A stretch of DNA of 64,000 nt, from IMG/VR virus record IMGVR_UViG_3300021426_000001; one strand, given 5' to 3'. Position 1 is the stretch's first letter. Each line of letters opens with the position of its first letter. A program made the position numbers and the translations under genes. Source of the stretch: a virus. Lineage: Duplodnaviria; Caudoviricetes. Shown in pieces: positions 27,986 to 36,799 of the stretch. A model generated the notes under the pieces. The model ran no database searches. It was given only the letters and a program-made list of their open reading frames with translations, and was not told the DNA's origin.

Positions 27986-28264
27986 TCATCTCCTATGTGA
28001 AAGTTTGAGGTCGATCATTTCTCTATCGACCTTGAGCTTTAGCTCGTATAGTTCTCGGTAGTCAAGAAGCACTTCCAGTCTCGGAAGAATCTCCCTGAAG
28101 TCATTCTTGAACAGAAGCGTATCTGACTTGTAGAATCCCCAGAACCACTTATTTATCCTTCTCTGGACTTCGAACTGGACCGTGACTGTAACATGCTTCA
28201 GCGGGAACGGCCTGCGGTAGTACTTCACCGAGAACAGCTTCTGCTTGAAGAACTCACTTCTCAC
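27986..28264 (-). CDS. hypothetical protein
   Basis: ORF in operon. Confidence 0.55.
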   Translation of the reverse strand: MRSEFFKQKLFSVKYYRRPFPLKHVTVTVQFEVQRRINKWFWGFYKSDTLLFKNDFREILPRLEVLLDYRELYELKLKVDREMIDLKLSHRR

Positions 28265-29057
28265 GCTTGGCCTTCCTGAACGAGGTCTTTGGATCGAACC
28301 CGTGAGACTTGATTCTCACTAGATCGTCTCCGACTGGAACGACTGCGTCATCTGGACGAGCGTGCGAGTCTATCCAGTTGTCTATCTCCCAGAGAGCAGT
28401 GAACGGATCCTTGACCTTCTGGAATCCGAAAGTCTGAAGTCTCGGATTCTTCACGATCGTGATAGCTTTCTGCTCTGCCTGACGGCAAGTGTATGCGATG
28501 ACTGGATAGATCATCAAGAAGATCGGCCCGAACTCTTCGAAAGCTCTGTCTTTCCAATACTCGCACTCTTCTGGATTTCTGAAGTCTCCGTCAAATGTCG
28601 GCTTGATTCCGCACTTGCTATTGAAGTCCCACGAGAAGCTAGAGTACTTCCTGACATCTTCGAATGTAGATGGCTCGCATGTCCATCTAACGCCGTCTCT
28701 GATCATCTCTGGATATAGATTTCCAGCAGCTGCCTTCGAATCTCCGTGAACGATCTCGCCGATAGAGCCAGACGGAGTCACGAACGGATAGTACTTCCCG
28801 CAGAAGCCGATCCAGAAGCTGTATAGCTGTGCGTCGAGTCTGAACTTGTCGCTGATCTCCTTGCGGAAGAGATCTGGATGATTCAGCATGAAGCCCTGAT
28901 GACTGGTTATTCTGCCGTCAAAGTCCTTGCCGAGCTCCCGGTGGTCTTTGTAGCTGAGAAAGTGAAGCTCTGGGCTTCTGTTGAATCTCACTTCGGACTC
29001 CGTGAATGAGCCGAGCGCCGAGTCATAATAGTCTTTGAACTTAGAGTAGATCTTCAT
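28254..29057 (-). CDS. conserved phage hypothetical protein (likely leaderless)
   Basis: MKIYSKFKDYYD...IGFCGKYYP...HGFDPKTSFR; ATG 7 nt below -10. Confidence 0.75.
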   Translation of the reverse strand: MKIYSKFKDYYDSALGSFTESEVRFNRSPELHFLSYKDHRELGKDFDGRITSHQGFMLNHPDLFRKEISDKFRLDAQLYSFWIGFCGKYYPFVTPSGSIGEIVHGDSKAAAGNLYPEMIRDGVRWTCEPSTFEDVRKYSSFSWDFNSKCGIKPTFDGDFRNPEECEYWKDRAFEEFGPIFLMIYPVIAYTCRQAEQKAITIVKNPRLQTFGFQKVKDPFTALWEIDNWIDSHARPDDAVVPVGDDLVRIKSHGFDPKTSFRKAKREK

Positions 29058-29064
29058 ATTTTGA

Positions 29065-29093
29065 AATATAGAAAAAGTCTGTGATTTTGTAAA
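29065..29093 (-). promoter_or_regulatory. early promoter TTTACA-N17-TATATT
   Basis: consensus match. Confidence 0.8.
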
Positions 29094-29110
29094 TGGTAAA
29101 AACATAGGAG

Positions 29111-29138
29111 GGGACTGGCTCAATACGAAACCAGTCCC
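29111..29138 (-). terminator. hairpin after DUF2828 gene
   Basis: GGGACTGG/CCAGTCCC stem. Confidence 0.55.
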
Positions 29139-29171
29139 GCACCCCTTTCCAAAAATCCGTTTCCAGATTTT

Positions 29172-30671
29172 TTACTTGATCTGCTCATAGCGAGCAGAGA
29201 GAAGCACATCCTTCAATACCTCGAACGGATCGAACTTGTTGGACATAGCCATCTTCAAGATGTTCTGGCTGAAGCCCGAGAGCAGCTTGAGACCTTGGTC
29301 GTTCTGCTGCAGCGGCATAGCGTTCGTTCTGGAGTTGACGTTCCAGAAGAGCAAGCCAGGCATCTTGTAGCCCTTAGCCTTGAACTTTCCAGCGATCGTC
29401 TCGAAGAGAGTCTTCCAGCGATCCTTAGAGCGGTCGTACTTGAGGGTCGTTGCGCCGTTGAACTCCATGTCGGAGATGATCAAGACGTCCGGGATGTCCT
29501 CCTGCTTCATCTTGTTGTCGACGGCAGTTCTGAGGATCAAGTTCATTGTAGCCTCGATGTTCGTAGAGCCGCATGAGTCCTCCTTGAATGTTCTCACGAG
29601 CTTGTCGTGGAGAGACATCTGGTCGCTGAGCTTGATGAGAGTCGGATGATCATCGAAGGTGATGAAGGTGTTCTTGAATCCACCAACGTTTCTCTCAGCG
29701 CAGTAGATTGCGAGAGCCGTAGCCACGTCCTCTGCCTGAATGTTGGAGTTCGGGATCGTAACGTCCATAGAGCCAGAGCCGTCGCGGACGACGATGAGAG
29801 GCTTAGACATGTCGATCTTCGGCAAGTTCTTCCACATACCCTCGAGAGCTGCGTCATACGGCTTTGCGGTCGGATTCCAGCCGCTCACAGTCTTGTAAGC
29901 GTGGACGATGTCGTGCGGGAACGCGACAGCGGAGTTGATCTTGACCTCGCCCTTGTCCAGAGCGTTCAAGAACTCGCGGCGGCGTGCCTCGTCGTGCTTG
30001 AGGAAGGAGTCCTTGTACTTCAGGTTGGCCTTAGACGGCACAGTCTGGTAGTTGATCTCGTCCCACTTGTTAGCACAGAGCTTGACCTCGATGACGTTCG
30101 AGTAAGCGCGAAGCTTAGAGAGTGTCTTGCGGTACTGAGCCGGGTGCATGCCGAGAGCCTTGCAGAGCAGGTGAGCCTTTGCGACAGTCTCCTTAGAGGA
30201 GGTGTTCACAGACGGCAGCCACTTGCCGAGCAGAGAGATCGGCTTGTTATCCTTGAGCGCCTTCAAGTCAGTGTCGAGCTGAGTCTTGATGAGAGCGATA
30301 GCGTCATCTTCTGCTGTAGTGCCGAAGAGCTCTGTCACGATGTCCCAGCGAGAGTACTCGGGAATGAGCTTGATGAGGTGCTTGTACTTCGGAAGAACGT
30401 TCTTCACGAGGATCTTGAAGAGACGGCGCTCGCCGAGACCCTGACGAACGTCGCCAGCGTAGAACATCCACTTCAGGGCGAGGACCGGATCCTCTGCGAA
30501 AGCTGCCAAGAAGTCCGAAAGAATTGTCTCCTCAGTAGCGCCACGGTAAGACGGAACCTTGAAGTTCATATCCACGAGAGCGTTGCCAGAAGTAGCGAAC
30601 GAGACTGCACCGTTCTCGGTACGAGTCGTGCGCTTGTTGAGAATTTTCTCCATTTGAGAGTAGAATGACAT
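29172..30671 (-). CDS. DUF2828-type TROVE/VWA (Ro60-like) protein
   Basis: TENGA, DVRQGLGER, GKWLPS, VRDGSGSM (MIDAS), STN, ISDMEF, FWNVNS, SGFS motifs; start MSFYSQ after AAGGA. Confidence 0.8.
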   Translation of the reverse strand: MSFYSQMEKILNKRTTRTENGAVSFATSGNALVDMNFKVPSYRGATEETILSDFLAAFAEDPVLALKWMFYAGDVRQGLGERRLFKILVKNVLPKYKHLIKLIPEYSRWDIVTELFGTTAEDDAIALIKTQLDTDLKALKDNKPISLLGKWLPSVNTSSKETVAKAHLLCKALGMHPAQYRKTLSKLRAYSNVIEVKLCANKWDEINYQTVPSKANLKYKDSFLKHDEARRREFLNALDKGEVKINSAVAFPHDIVHAYKTVSGWNPTAKPYDAALEGMWKNLPKIDMSKPLIVVRDGSGSMDVTIPNSNIQAEDVATALAIYCAERNVGGFKNTFITFDDHPTLIKLSDQMSLHDKLVRTFKEDSCGSTNIEATMNLILRTAVDNKMKQEDIPDVLIISDMEFNGATTLKYDRSKDRWKTLFETIAGKFKAKGYKMPGLLFWNVNSRTNAMPLQQNDQGLKLLSGFSQNILKMAMSNKFDPFEVLKDVLLSARYEQIK

Positions 30672-30685
30672 TTTGAAGTTTTCCT

Positions 30686-30756
30686 TCGGTTCAAAGTTGA
30701 TCAAGATGGAATTTTGATTGTGCGAACCAAGCATATCAAATTGCTGTTACCATCTT
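30686..30756 (-). ncRNA. structured 5' leader RNA of the DUF2828 gene
   Basis: AAGAUGG/CCAUCUU and UUUGAU/AUCAAA stems, ACAGCAA internal loop, apical loop complementary to RBS-adjacent GAACCGA. Confidence 0.6.
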
Positions 30757-30775
30757 TCGATTTGTTTGTAAGCCA

Positions 30776-30804
30776 ATTATAGAAACAATTGCTAGATTTG
30801 TAAA
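30776..30804 (-). promoter_or_regulatory. early promoter TTTACA-N17-TATAAT
   Basis: consensus match. Confidence 0.8.
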
Positions 30805-30827
30805 CCGAATTCTTTGTAAATTCAAGT

Positions 30828-31964
30828 TTACAAATCATCATCTTCATCATTGAACTTCGTCTTTAGCTCGTCTACGACATGACGGAAGATCTTCTCGTTG
30901 ACGGACTTGCCGCAAGCGACTTGGATAGCCATGTTGCCTACGAACTTTCCGCCGAGAGAGATAGCCTGCTCGTAGCGCTCACGACCAGTCAGACCAGAGA
31001 TCTGGTAGACGACCGTAGAGATCTGAGCGAGCAGAGAGCGGCATCCCTCGTCGAGGTTCTCAGCGTAGTACTTCATCTGCGGGAGCTCTTCCGGAATAGC
31101 AGCCTTGTACTCCGGATCGACCTTGAGAGTCTTTACGTCGAAGTGCAAGCGGATGTCCTTCTTAGTGATCCCAGAGATCATGTGGAACTTAGAGAGGTAT
31201 TCCAAGCCCTTGACCTTTACCTTGAAGCCAGAGTCGAAAGTGACTACGAAGCCCTCGTGATCCACGTCAAGCGCTCTCGCGTACTTGACCATCTCCTGGT
31301 AAGTCTTGAACTCCTTCATGGTAGAATAGCGGACTCCGATGCGGCCAGCGATCTCTATGATGTCGATCATCTCAGACTCTTCATGATTCTCGTCGAGAGC
31401 GCCCAATAGAACCAGACCCTCGTAGTTGTAGTGACATACGTGCTGATCTTCCCTAGAGACGATCTCGAAGCAGTAAGTCCAGCCGTAGTCCAAGTAGCGG
31501 TCGCAGATTTCCTGCCCTACGCACTTGTCAAGCCACTTCTGAGCCCACTTAGCCTGATCAGAGGTGAATGAGCCGCCAGTCTTGATGATCCACTTGCCGT
31601 CGTAGTAGAATAAGATGCCGAGCGAGCCGTCGATCTTGTCCATAGCTCTGAAGAATCTCGTCATCTTCGGCTCGAAGCCGTGACCGAGCTTCTGAAGGAT
31701 CTTTCCGACTTCAGCGAGCTGACCGTCTTCTGTCCAGATCTCTTCAGTGTTGAAGAACTTGTTGAACGGCCAAGCGACGATGTCGCCAGTAGCCTTGTCG
31801 AACACGATGCCACGGCAGCAGAGAGTGATCTCGTCCCACGCGTGGTCATAGACAGTCTGTAGAGAGTACTTGAAGCCGATGAGCTTGCCGTCTTCGGACT
31901 CGTGTGAGTTTAGCCAGCCGAGCTTTTCATATTCTAAGCACTTTTCAAGAGTTAAGCAGTTCAT
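30828..31964 (-). CDS. RNA ligase 1 (T4 Rnl1/RnlA-like)
   Basis: CRGIVFD, PFNKFFN, KIDGSLG, TYCFEI, EGFVV, KVK motifs. Confidence 0.85.
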   Translation of the reverse strand: MNCLTLEKCLEYEKLGWLNSHESEDGKLIGFKYSLQTVYDHAWDEITLCCRGIVFDKATGDIVAWPFNKFFNTEEIWTEDGQLAEVGKILQKLGHGFEPKMTRFFRAMDKIDGSLGILFYYDGKWIIKTGGSFTSDQAKWAQKWLDKCVGQEICDRYLDYGWTYCFEIVSREDQHVCHYNYEGLVLLGALDENHEESEMIDIIEIAGRIGVRYSTMKEFKTYQEMVKYARALDVDHEGFVVTFDSGFKVKVKGLEYLSKFHMISGITKKDIRLHFDVKTLKVDPEYKAAIPEELPQMKYYAENLDEGCRSLLAQISTVVYQISGLTGRERYEQAISLGGKFVGNMAIQVACGKSVNEKIFRHVVDELKTKFNDEDDDL

Positions 31965-32296
31965 ACCAGTTCATTTCCTTTCCACTTCAGAACCGGAGTG
32001 GTAGAGTGTGAGTACGGATCCGAGTTCGGTTCGATAGTCAGATTCTGTTTGACTTCTTCGTTTACAACTTCAGCAGCGATGCGCTTGATCATGTCATGGA
32101 GAGGTTCGCTCTTCAGCTTTTCGATTTCTTCTTTGAGAGCCTTTTCGCGGTCGAGGAAGAACTTCTTCTGTTCTTCGAGCTCTAGCTGAATGCAGCGGAG
32201 AGTCTCTTCAGTCATTACAGAAGCTAGCTTGTTTGCGCGATCGATGCTGATCTTGAGGTGGTCTCGTAAGAGTGATGCGAACATCGGAGTTTTCAT
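31961..32296 (-). CDS. hypothetical coiled-coil protein
   Basis: first gene after promoter. Confidence 0.65.
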   Translation of the reverse strand: MKTPMFASLLRDHLKISIDRANKLASVMTEETLRCIQLELEEQKKFFLDREKALKEEIEKLKSEPLHDMIKRIAAEVVNEEVKQNLTIEPNSDPYSHSTTPVLKWKGNELV

Positions 32297-32327
32297 TGTA
32301 GTAGGTCCTTGTTGAAGTTACATCTAC

Positions 32328-32365
32328 AATATAAGAAAATCGGGGCTTGTTGTAAACCCCGATTT
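32328..32365 (-). promoter_or_regulatory. early promoter fused with terminator hairpin
   Basis: stem AAATCGGGG/CCCCGATTT with -35 in loop. Confidence 0.85.
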
Positions 32366-32387
32366 GTTGATTTTATGCAAGTTTTTA

Positions 32388-32966
32388 TTAGATGTGCTTA
32401 TCTTCTTGAGCTCGATCACGATAGATTTCGCCAGCTTCGAGCGCTTCGTCGTGAGCTATGCAGAGCTGATCTAGCTCACGATCATCTTCAAGGATCCGCT
32501 GGATGAAGAACAGTGCAGAGTCTGCGTCCTTGAAGAGAACACCTCTTCCCTCGGGAACTCCCTTAGCGAGATCTACGTTCTCTTTCTTGTCGTCGACCAA
32601 GATGTCGCCCTCGTCGAGCTCCAGCCACTTGTCTATGCCCTTCTGCGTGATGATCACGTTCTTAGGATCGATCTCCGGGCAGTTCTTCTCCAGCCAGTAT
32701 CTCTTGCCAGCCTTTCCGCAGCTGAGAAAGATAGCAGATGCGATTCCGATCTCGACGTCTGGGTACTTCTTCTTGAGTTCGAGGACGCCGTTGTAGAGCT
32801 TGTGACCCTCTACGATCCACGGCATCGATGACCAGAAAGAAGCGCCGATCTTCTTGAGAAGATTCCAGTCGCACTTTCCGTTCTCTTTTCTAGCCTTGTA
32901 GAACTCGACCTGGTGATCGAAGTCGCACAAGACTCCGTCCATGTCGAGCATGATTCTTCTCTTCAT
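32388..32966 (-). CDS. HAD-family 5'(3')-nucleotidase-like phosphatase
   Basis: LDMDGVLCDF, GKRYWL, ILVDD motifs; start MKRRIML. Confidence 0.8.
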   Translation of the reverse strand: MKRRIMLDMDGVLCDFDHQVEFYKARKENGKCDWNLLKKIGASFWSSMPWIVEGHKLYNGVLELKKKYPDVEIGIASAIFLSCGKAGKRYWLEKNCPEIDPKNVIITQKGIDKWLELDEGDILVDDKKENVDLAKGVPEGRGVLFKDADSALFFIQRILEDDRELDQLCIAHDEALEAGEIYRDRAQEDKHI

Positions 32967-32970
32967 TTTC

Positions 32971-33402
32971 TTACTTCCTCGGATTGACGCAGAGTTCGCC
33001 AGGATAGTCCTCGAACGACTCAAGCATCTTTTGAACTGTTTCGGCCGGCACCGCATGAACGTTCTGGAACTGACCAAACATACGGTAGATGTCATACTTT
33101 GCGCCAGCCTCTTCAGCGATCTTAACATAGATGTCTACATCCTTCTTCTTGACGCTAGTGTTGGATACGATCACGACATCGCAGTTCTGGAGGGCCTCAC
33201 GAACTTTGTTCTGGCACCACTGATGAGCGAAGCCGATCTGGTTCGGATTCCAGTGGTAGCTGCCGTCTTCGTGAGTGAAGAACATGTCTGCTTCGAAGTG
33301 AGCAGTCGTTCGTCCCTCAGCCTGATATGCCTTGATGAGGCTGTTAGCGTGTGTAGACTTTCCGGAGCCCGGAATGCCGCGAATGATTACAAGCTTCTTC
33401 AT
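32971..33402 (-). CDS. P-loop kinase (AAA_33 / polynucleotide-kinase-like)
   Basis: IIRGIPGSGKST, EADMFF, AHQWCQ, VSNT, NVHAVP. Confidence 0.8.
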   Translation of the reverse strand: MKKLVIIRGIPGSGKSTHANSLIKAYQAEGRTTAHFEADMFFTHEDGSYHWNPNQIGFAHQWCQNKVREALQNCDVVIVSNTSVKKKDVDIYVKIAEEAGAKYDIYRMFGQFQNVHAVPAETVQKMLESFEDYPGELCVNPRK

Positions 33403-33418
33403 GTGTGTTATCCTGCAA

Positions 33419-33712
33419 TTATCCCTGTAATAGAGGTGAAAGTTTCTCTACGACCTTGTAGACCACGTAGATCCACGAGGTGCAGAAGTGAAGTATGCTC
33501 CAGAGGATCCCGTTGCCCAAGAAGTGCGAGAGAAACGCTGAAGCGAAGCAGCCGACGAGAGACGGTACAGCGACCTTTACTGTCAAGATTGGTCCCTGTC
33601 TCTTTCGGAGCACGTTTAGAAATAGAACGACGAGATCAGACCATGTGCGCTTTCTCGCGCTCATCTTCTTGAACCCATTGTTCTCTTCCGAAGTTCCAAT
33701 TAGTTCATCCAT
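33419..33712 (-). CDS. membrane protein (likely leaderless)
   Basis: hydrophobic C-terminal half ILWSILHFCTSWIYVVY. Confidence 0.6.
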   Translation of the reverse strand: MDELIGTSEENNGFKKMSARKRTWSDLVVLFLNVLRKRQGPILTVKVAVPSLVGCFASAFLSHFLGNGILWSILHFCTSWIYVVYKVVEKLSPLLQG

Positions 33713-33718
33713 GCGTTA

Positions 33719-33758
33719 AATATAGGAAAGTCCAGAAGTCTTGTAAACCCCTGGACTT
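33719..33758 (-). promoter_or_regulatory. early promoter fused with hairpin
   Basis: stem AAGTCCAG/CTGGACTT. Confidence 0.8.
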
Positions 33759-33796
33759 GGTTTTTCTCGCAAAAGCTAGAAATTAAAGCAGTTTCA

Positions 33797-34267
33797 CTAA
33801 GCGGCAGTTTCTACCGTTTCGACCTTCTTTTCCTTCTTAGGAGCCTTCTTTTCCTTCTTCGGAGCTTCCACGATCTTCATCGTGGCGAGATCTAGCTGAA
33901 GGATCTGGAGCGGCTGAGCCTGACCCTGCTTGGTCTTCGGAAGTTCGATAGCTGTGTAGTCGAACTCGTCGAGATCTGGCGTGTCAGTGAAGTCCACGAA
34001 GGAGACACGCTTGGAGCCGTCTGGGAATGTGACTTCGACATACGGATTCTTGGCTTTCTGACCGCTGTAGTCGTCGACCATCTTGTAGAGGCCGTCCTTG
34101 GTGCGATTGAGCTTGAAAGCAGAAGTGACCTTGCCCTTGCCCTGGTGGATCAGGATGAAGTCAATGTCTTTGACCTTGATCTTGCTGAGGTTCCACCAAG
34201 CGAGCGTCTTGAAGAAGTCTGCGCCCTTGGAGTGAATAGTGAGGACATTTACGATTTTGGATTTCAT
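33797..34267 (-). CDS. hypothetical protein with basic APKKEKK repeat tail
   Basis: GGAG RBS; 21-bp tandem repeat. Confidence 0.7.
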   Translation of the reverse strand: MKSKIVNVLTIHSKGADFFKTLAWWNLSKIKVKDIDFILIHQGKGKVTSAFKLNRTKDGLYKMVDDYSGQKAKNPYVEVTFPDGSKRVSFVDFTDTPDLDEFDYTAIELPKTKQGQAQPLQILQLDLATMKIVEAPKKEKKAPKKEKKVETVETAA

Positions 34268-34281
34268 GAGTTAGTTCTCCA

Positions 34282-34725
34282 TTACATGGCAGTTTCTGGT
34301 TTGCCGAACAGATCAGTCAGCCATGAAATGTCTGATCCGTCGAATTCATATCGTTCAGTGATCGTTCCGTGATAGATGTTCGGATTGTCTTTGTCTTTGA
34401 AGAGTTGTCGGATGATGAAGATTGAAAGTGTCTTCTCGTCGTCTTTGGTCTCTCGATAGCTCACCTGCATGAACTTGTCGTCTATGAGCATCGGCTCTCC
34501 ATTCTCGCAATTTAGCTTAAGAGTGCAGTCGACTTTGTAATCGATAGCTAGCTTTTTCTCGAGCTCTGCCATCTTTCGATTGTACTCTTCAGTGAACATC
34601 TCATCTTCATGATAGGTATGTTCCCTTTTCTCCCAATAGAAGAAACGTCCGATATTTCTAGCGAGCTTGTGCCATGAGCGAACGTCATTCATGAGCTCGC
34701 AAGGGATTGCGAGAAGTTTAGCCAT
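34282..34725 (-). CDS. hypothetical protein
   Basis: ORF in operon. Confidence 0.65.
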   Translation of the reverse strand: MAKLLAIPCELMNDVRSWHKLARNIGRFFYWEKREHTYHEDEMFTEEYNRKMAELEKKLAIDYKVDCTLKLNCENGEPMLIDDKFMQVSYRETKDDEKTLSIFIIRQLFKDKDNPNIYHGTITERYEFDGSDISWLTDLFGKPETAM

Positions 34726-35485
34726 TCTTTACCTCGTTGTTTACTTTCACCCAGGCGTCTACTTCGTAACCAGTGAAGTTGAGATTGTCGCCAGTCCATT
34801 CAATGAAGCCCTTGTGCTTGTCGATGCAGCAGTTGATGTAGTGCTGATCGATGTCCCACTGAGTGTATTCACGTTCAGGGAACTTCTTGACCATCTGAGG
34901 AGCTTCCTGACCATTAGCCTTAGCTTCTCTGACAGTCTTAACGTAGTTATCGTAGTCGTAGCAGAAGTAGTCCGGTTCGATGTCCTTGTCGTGGGTGTGA
35001 CCGTACAAGTTGATGAAGTGAGTGTTGCCCTTTCCGAGATAGACCGGTTCATGAGAGAGGACGAAGTTGTCTTCTACGATGACCGGTGTGTCATAGACCT
35101 TGTCGAATCCGATCTCTTCGTAGAATTCGATTCTGGACTGACCATGGAAGTGAAGTGTGTCGTGGTTGCCGAGAACCAAGAAGAGACGGCGGCTGTCGCC
35201 CTTCATGCACTTCACGATGTCTTTGAGCAAGAGGAAGTCTCCGTCGTTCATCTGATGGCTGCCACCAGCGAAGTAGAAGTCGCCGAGGTTCCAGATGTCG
35301 CAGTCTTTTGGAAGCTTGTCGAAAGCTTTGAGAATGTCTTCCTTCATCTGAATCATGAGCGGAGTGTTAGCTGGATTCTTGTTCGGAGCTACCGTAGCAT
35401 ACGGACGATTGCAGAATCGGCAGATGTTCGGATGACCGAAGTGAAGGTCGGAAGTGATGAAAGTTTTGCGAGAGCGGAAGAGCAT
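34718..35485 (-). CDS. calcineurin-like metallophosphoesterase
   Basis: SDLHFGH, LGD, GNHD, SHEP, GHTH motifs. Confidence 0.9.
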   Translation of the reverse strand: MLFRSRKTFITSDLHFGHPNICRFCNRPYATVAPNKNPANTPLMIQMKEDILKAFDKLPKDCDIWNLGDFYFAGGSHQMNDGDFLLLKDIVKCMKGDSRRLFLVLGNHDTLHFHGQSRIEFYEEIGFDKVYDTPVIVEDNFVLSHEPVYLGKGNTHFINLYGHTHDKDIEPDYFCYDYDNYVKTVREAKANGQEAPQMVKKFPEREYTQWDIDQHYINCCIDKHKGFIEWTGDNLNFTGYEVDAWVKVNNEVKNG

Positions 35486-35515
35486 TTGAGCCTCCAAGTT
35501 GAAAGTTACGTGAAC

Positions 35516-35544
35516 AATATAGGAAATTGTTCACAGTTTGTAAA
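35516..35544 (-). promoter_or_regulatory. early promoter; hairpin GTGAACAAT/ATTGTTCAC covers the -10
   Basis: consensus match. Confidence 0.75.
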
Positions 35545-35553
35545 CCCAAAAAC

Positions 35554-35814
35554 TCAGTTTTCTCTGAGATGGTAGAATCCGAGACGCTTCAGAGCATCTT
35601 CTAGATCGTTGAAAGATCCGAACCAGACCTTGACTTCTTGGTCTACCCACGGCTTCACGATCAAAGCCTCTTCAGCAGATGTGTCATATCGGATGATGTA
35701 TTCTTGTCCGTACTCGTCCCAGAACTTGGTAGTGTTGAACTCAGCTGCGTGAAATCCTCTGAGCTTGCCCTCGAAGTTCTTGTACTTCCAGAGCGCGAAA
35801 GTTGAAGCGTCCAT
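35554..35814 (-). CDS. hypothetical protein
   Basis: ORF in operon. Confidence 0.6.
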   Translation of the reverse strand: MDASTFALWKYKNFEGKLRGFHAAEFNTTKFWDEYGQEYIIRYDTSAEEALIVKPWVDQEVKVWFGSFNDLEDALKRLGFYHLREN

Positions 35815-35815
35815 T

Positions 35816-36103
35816 CTATACTGCCTCTTTTACTCGTTCCTTCCAGTCGTCAACGATCGATGTGATCCTCTCTGGAAGCGAAGCGATGTTTGAAGTTTGG
35901 AGTGTCTCCATTGGATTCCACTCGTCTATGATGAAAATTCTGCTGTTGCCGTAGACATACGAGATCATCAGCTCGTGGTCGCCATATCTGACCTTGATAG
36001 ATGCGCACTTGTTTGGAACGAAGTGATACTCAGTCCCGTGCTGAAGAGAGTATCTGTTGAGCATCTCTGACATGGTCTTGAATTCTTCGAGGTTGATGTC
36101 CAT
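35816..36103 (-). CDS. hypothetical protein
   Basis: ORF in operon. Confidence 0.6.
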   Translation of the reverse strand: MDINLEEFKTMSEMLNRYSLQHGTEYHFVPNKCASIKVRYGDHELMISYVYGNSRIFIIDEWNPMETLQTSNIASLPERITSIVDDWKERVKEAV

Positions 36104-36107
36104 AACC

Positions 36108-36245
36108 TTACCCAGTGATTTGACGGACCATGCTCCAGATCATAGAGATGACAGCTATGGTCCCTAGTCCAGCGAACAGCCAGATCACGACGTCGATCGG
36201 ATCAGCGTCAATGATCTTAGCTATCAGGTCAAAAAGCTTGTTCAC
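36108..36245 (-). CDS. 45-aa single-TM peptide (not in ORF track)
   Basis: GTG start; MNKLFDLIAKIIDADPIDVVIWLFAGLGTIAVISMIWSMVRQITG fills the gap. Confidence 0.5.
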   Translation of the reverse strand: MNKLFDLIAKIIDADPIDVVIWLFAGLGTIAVISMIWSMVRQITG

Positions 36246-36259
36246 CCTAAATTGTCGCC

Positions 36260-36718
36260 CTAAACCCAGTTGATCTGTCTCATAGATTCTGGCTCGTTGC
36301 AGAATGATCCATGGCCAAATTGAAGATCTTCGATCTTCCTGCAGAGATTAGAGAGCGCGAGGAAGAGAGGAGACTTGCGGTCGTGGTTGATTGCCTTGTA
36401 GACGTCATCAGCGATCTTGTCGAATGCGTCTGCGACTTCTGCCTTGAACATCTTGTTGATCTTTTCCTTCTCTTCCCTGACGGACTTGTAGTCGTCGTTA
36501 GCGAGCGCCCTAGAGATCCATGGAGCATCGATCATGGACTCAAAATCACTCACTCGATCAGACATCTTCTTGATCTTCTCGATGAGCGCCGGAGCCTTCT
36601 TAGCAGCTCTTCGTGCCTTAGCGCGTTCACGACGGCGAGCGATCTGTTCAGGTGTCTTTTCCACCTTGATGTGGTTTTCGTTGAGAACTTCGAGAGCTTT
36701 TTCGATTTTCATTTCCAT
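36260..36718 (-). CDS. hypothetical protein with Arg-rich helix
   Basis: IEKALEVLNE and TPEQIARRRER motifs shared with 40787..41689. Confidence 0.7.
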   Translation of the reverse strand: MEMKIEKALEVLNENHIKVEKTPEQIARRRERAKARRAAKKAPALIEKIKKMSDRVSDFESMIDAPWISRALANDDYKSVREEKEKINKMFKAEVADAFDKIADDVYKAINHDRKSPLFLALSNLCRKIEDLQFGHGSFCNEPESMRQINWV

Positions 36719-36743
36719 AGTGTTTTACCTCTTTTACACTGAA

Positions 36744-36779
36744 AATATAAGAAAATCCTGGGTGCTTGTAAACCCAGGA
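36744..36779 (-). promoter_or_regulatory. early promoter fused with terminator hairpin
   Basis: stem TCCTGGGT/ACCCAGGA. Confidence 0.85.
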
Positions 36780-36799
36780 CTTGAAGTTTTTCTCAGATC

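Noticed and set aside
29607-30668. 353-aa plus-strand ORF
   Set aside because: Antisense shadow of the DUF2828 gene; the same applies to 32941..33672, 34667..35575 and most plus-strand ORFs
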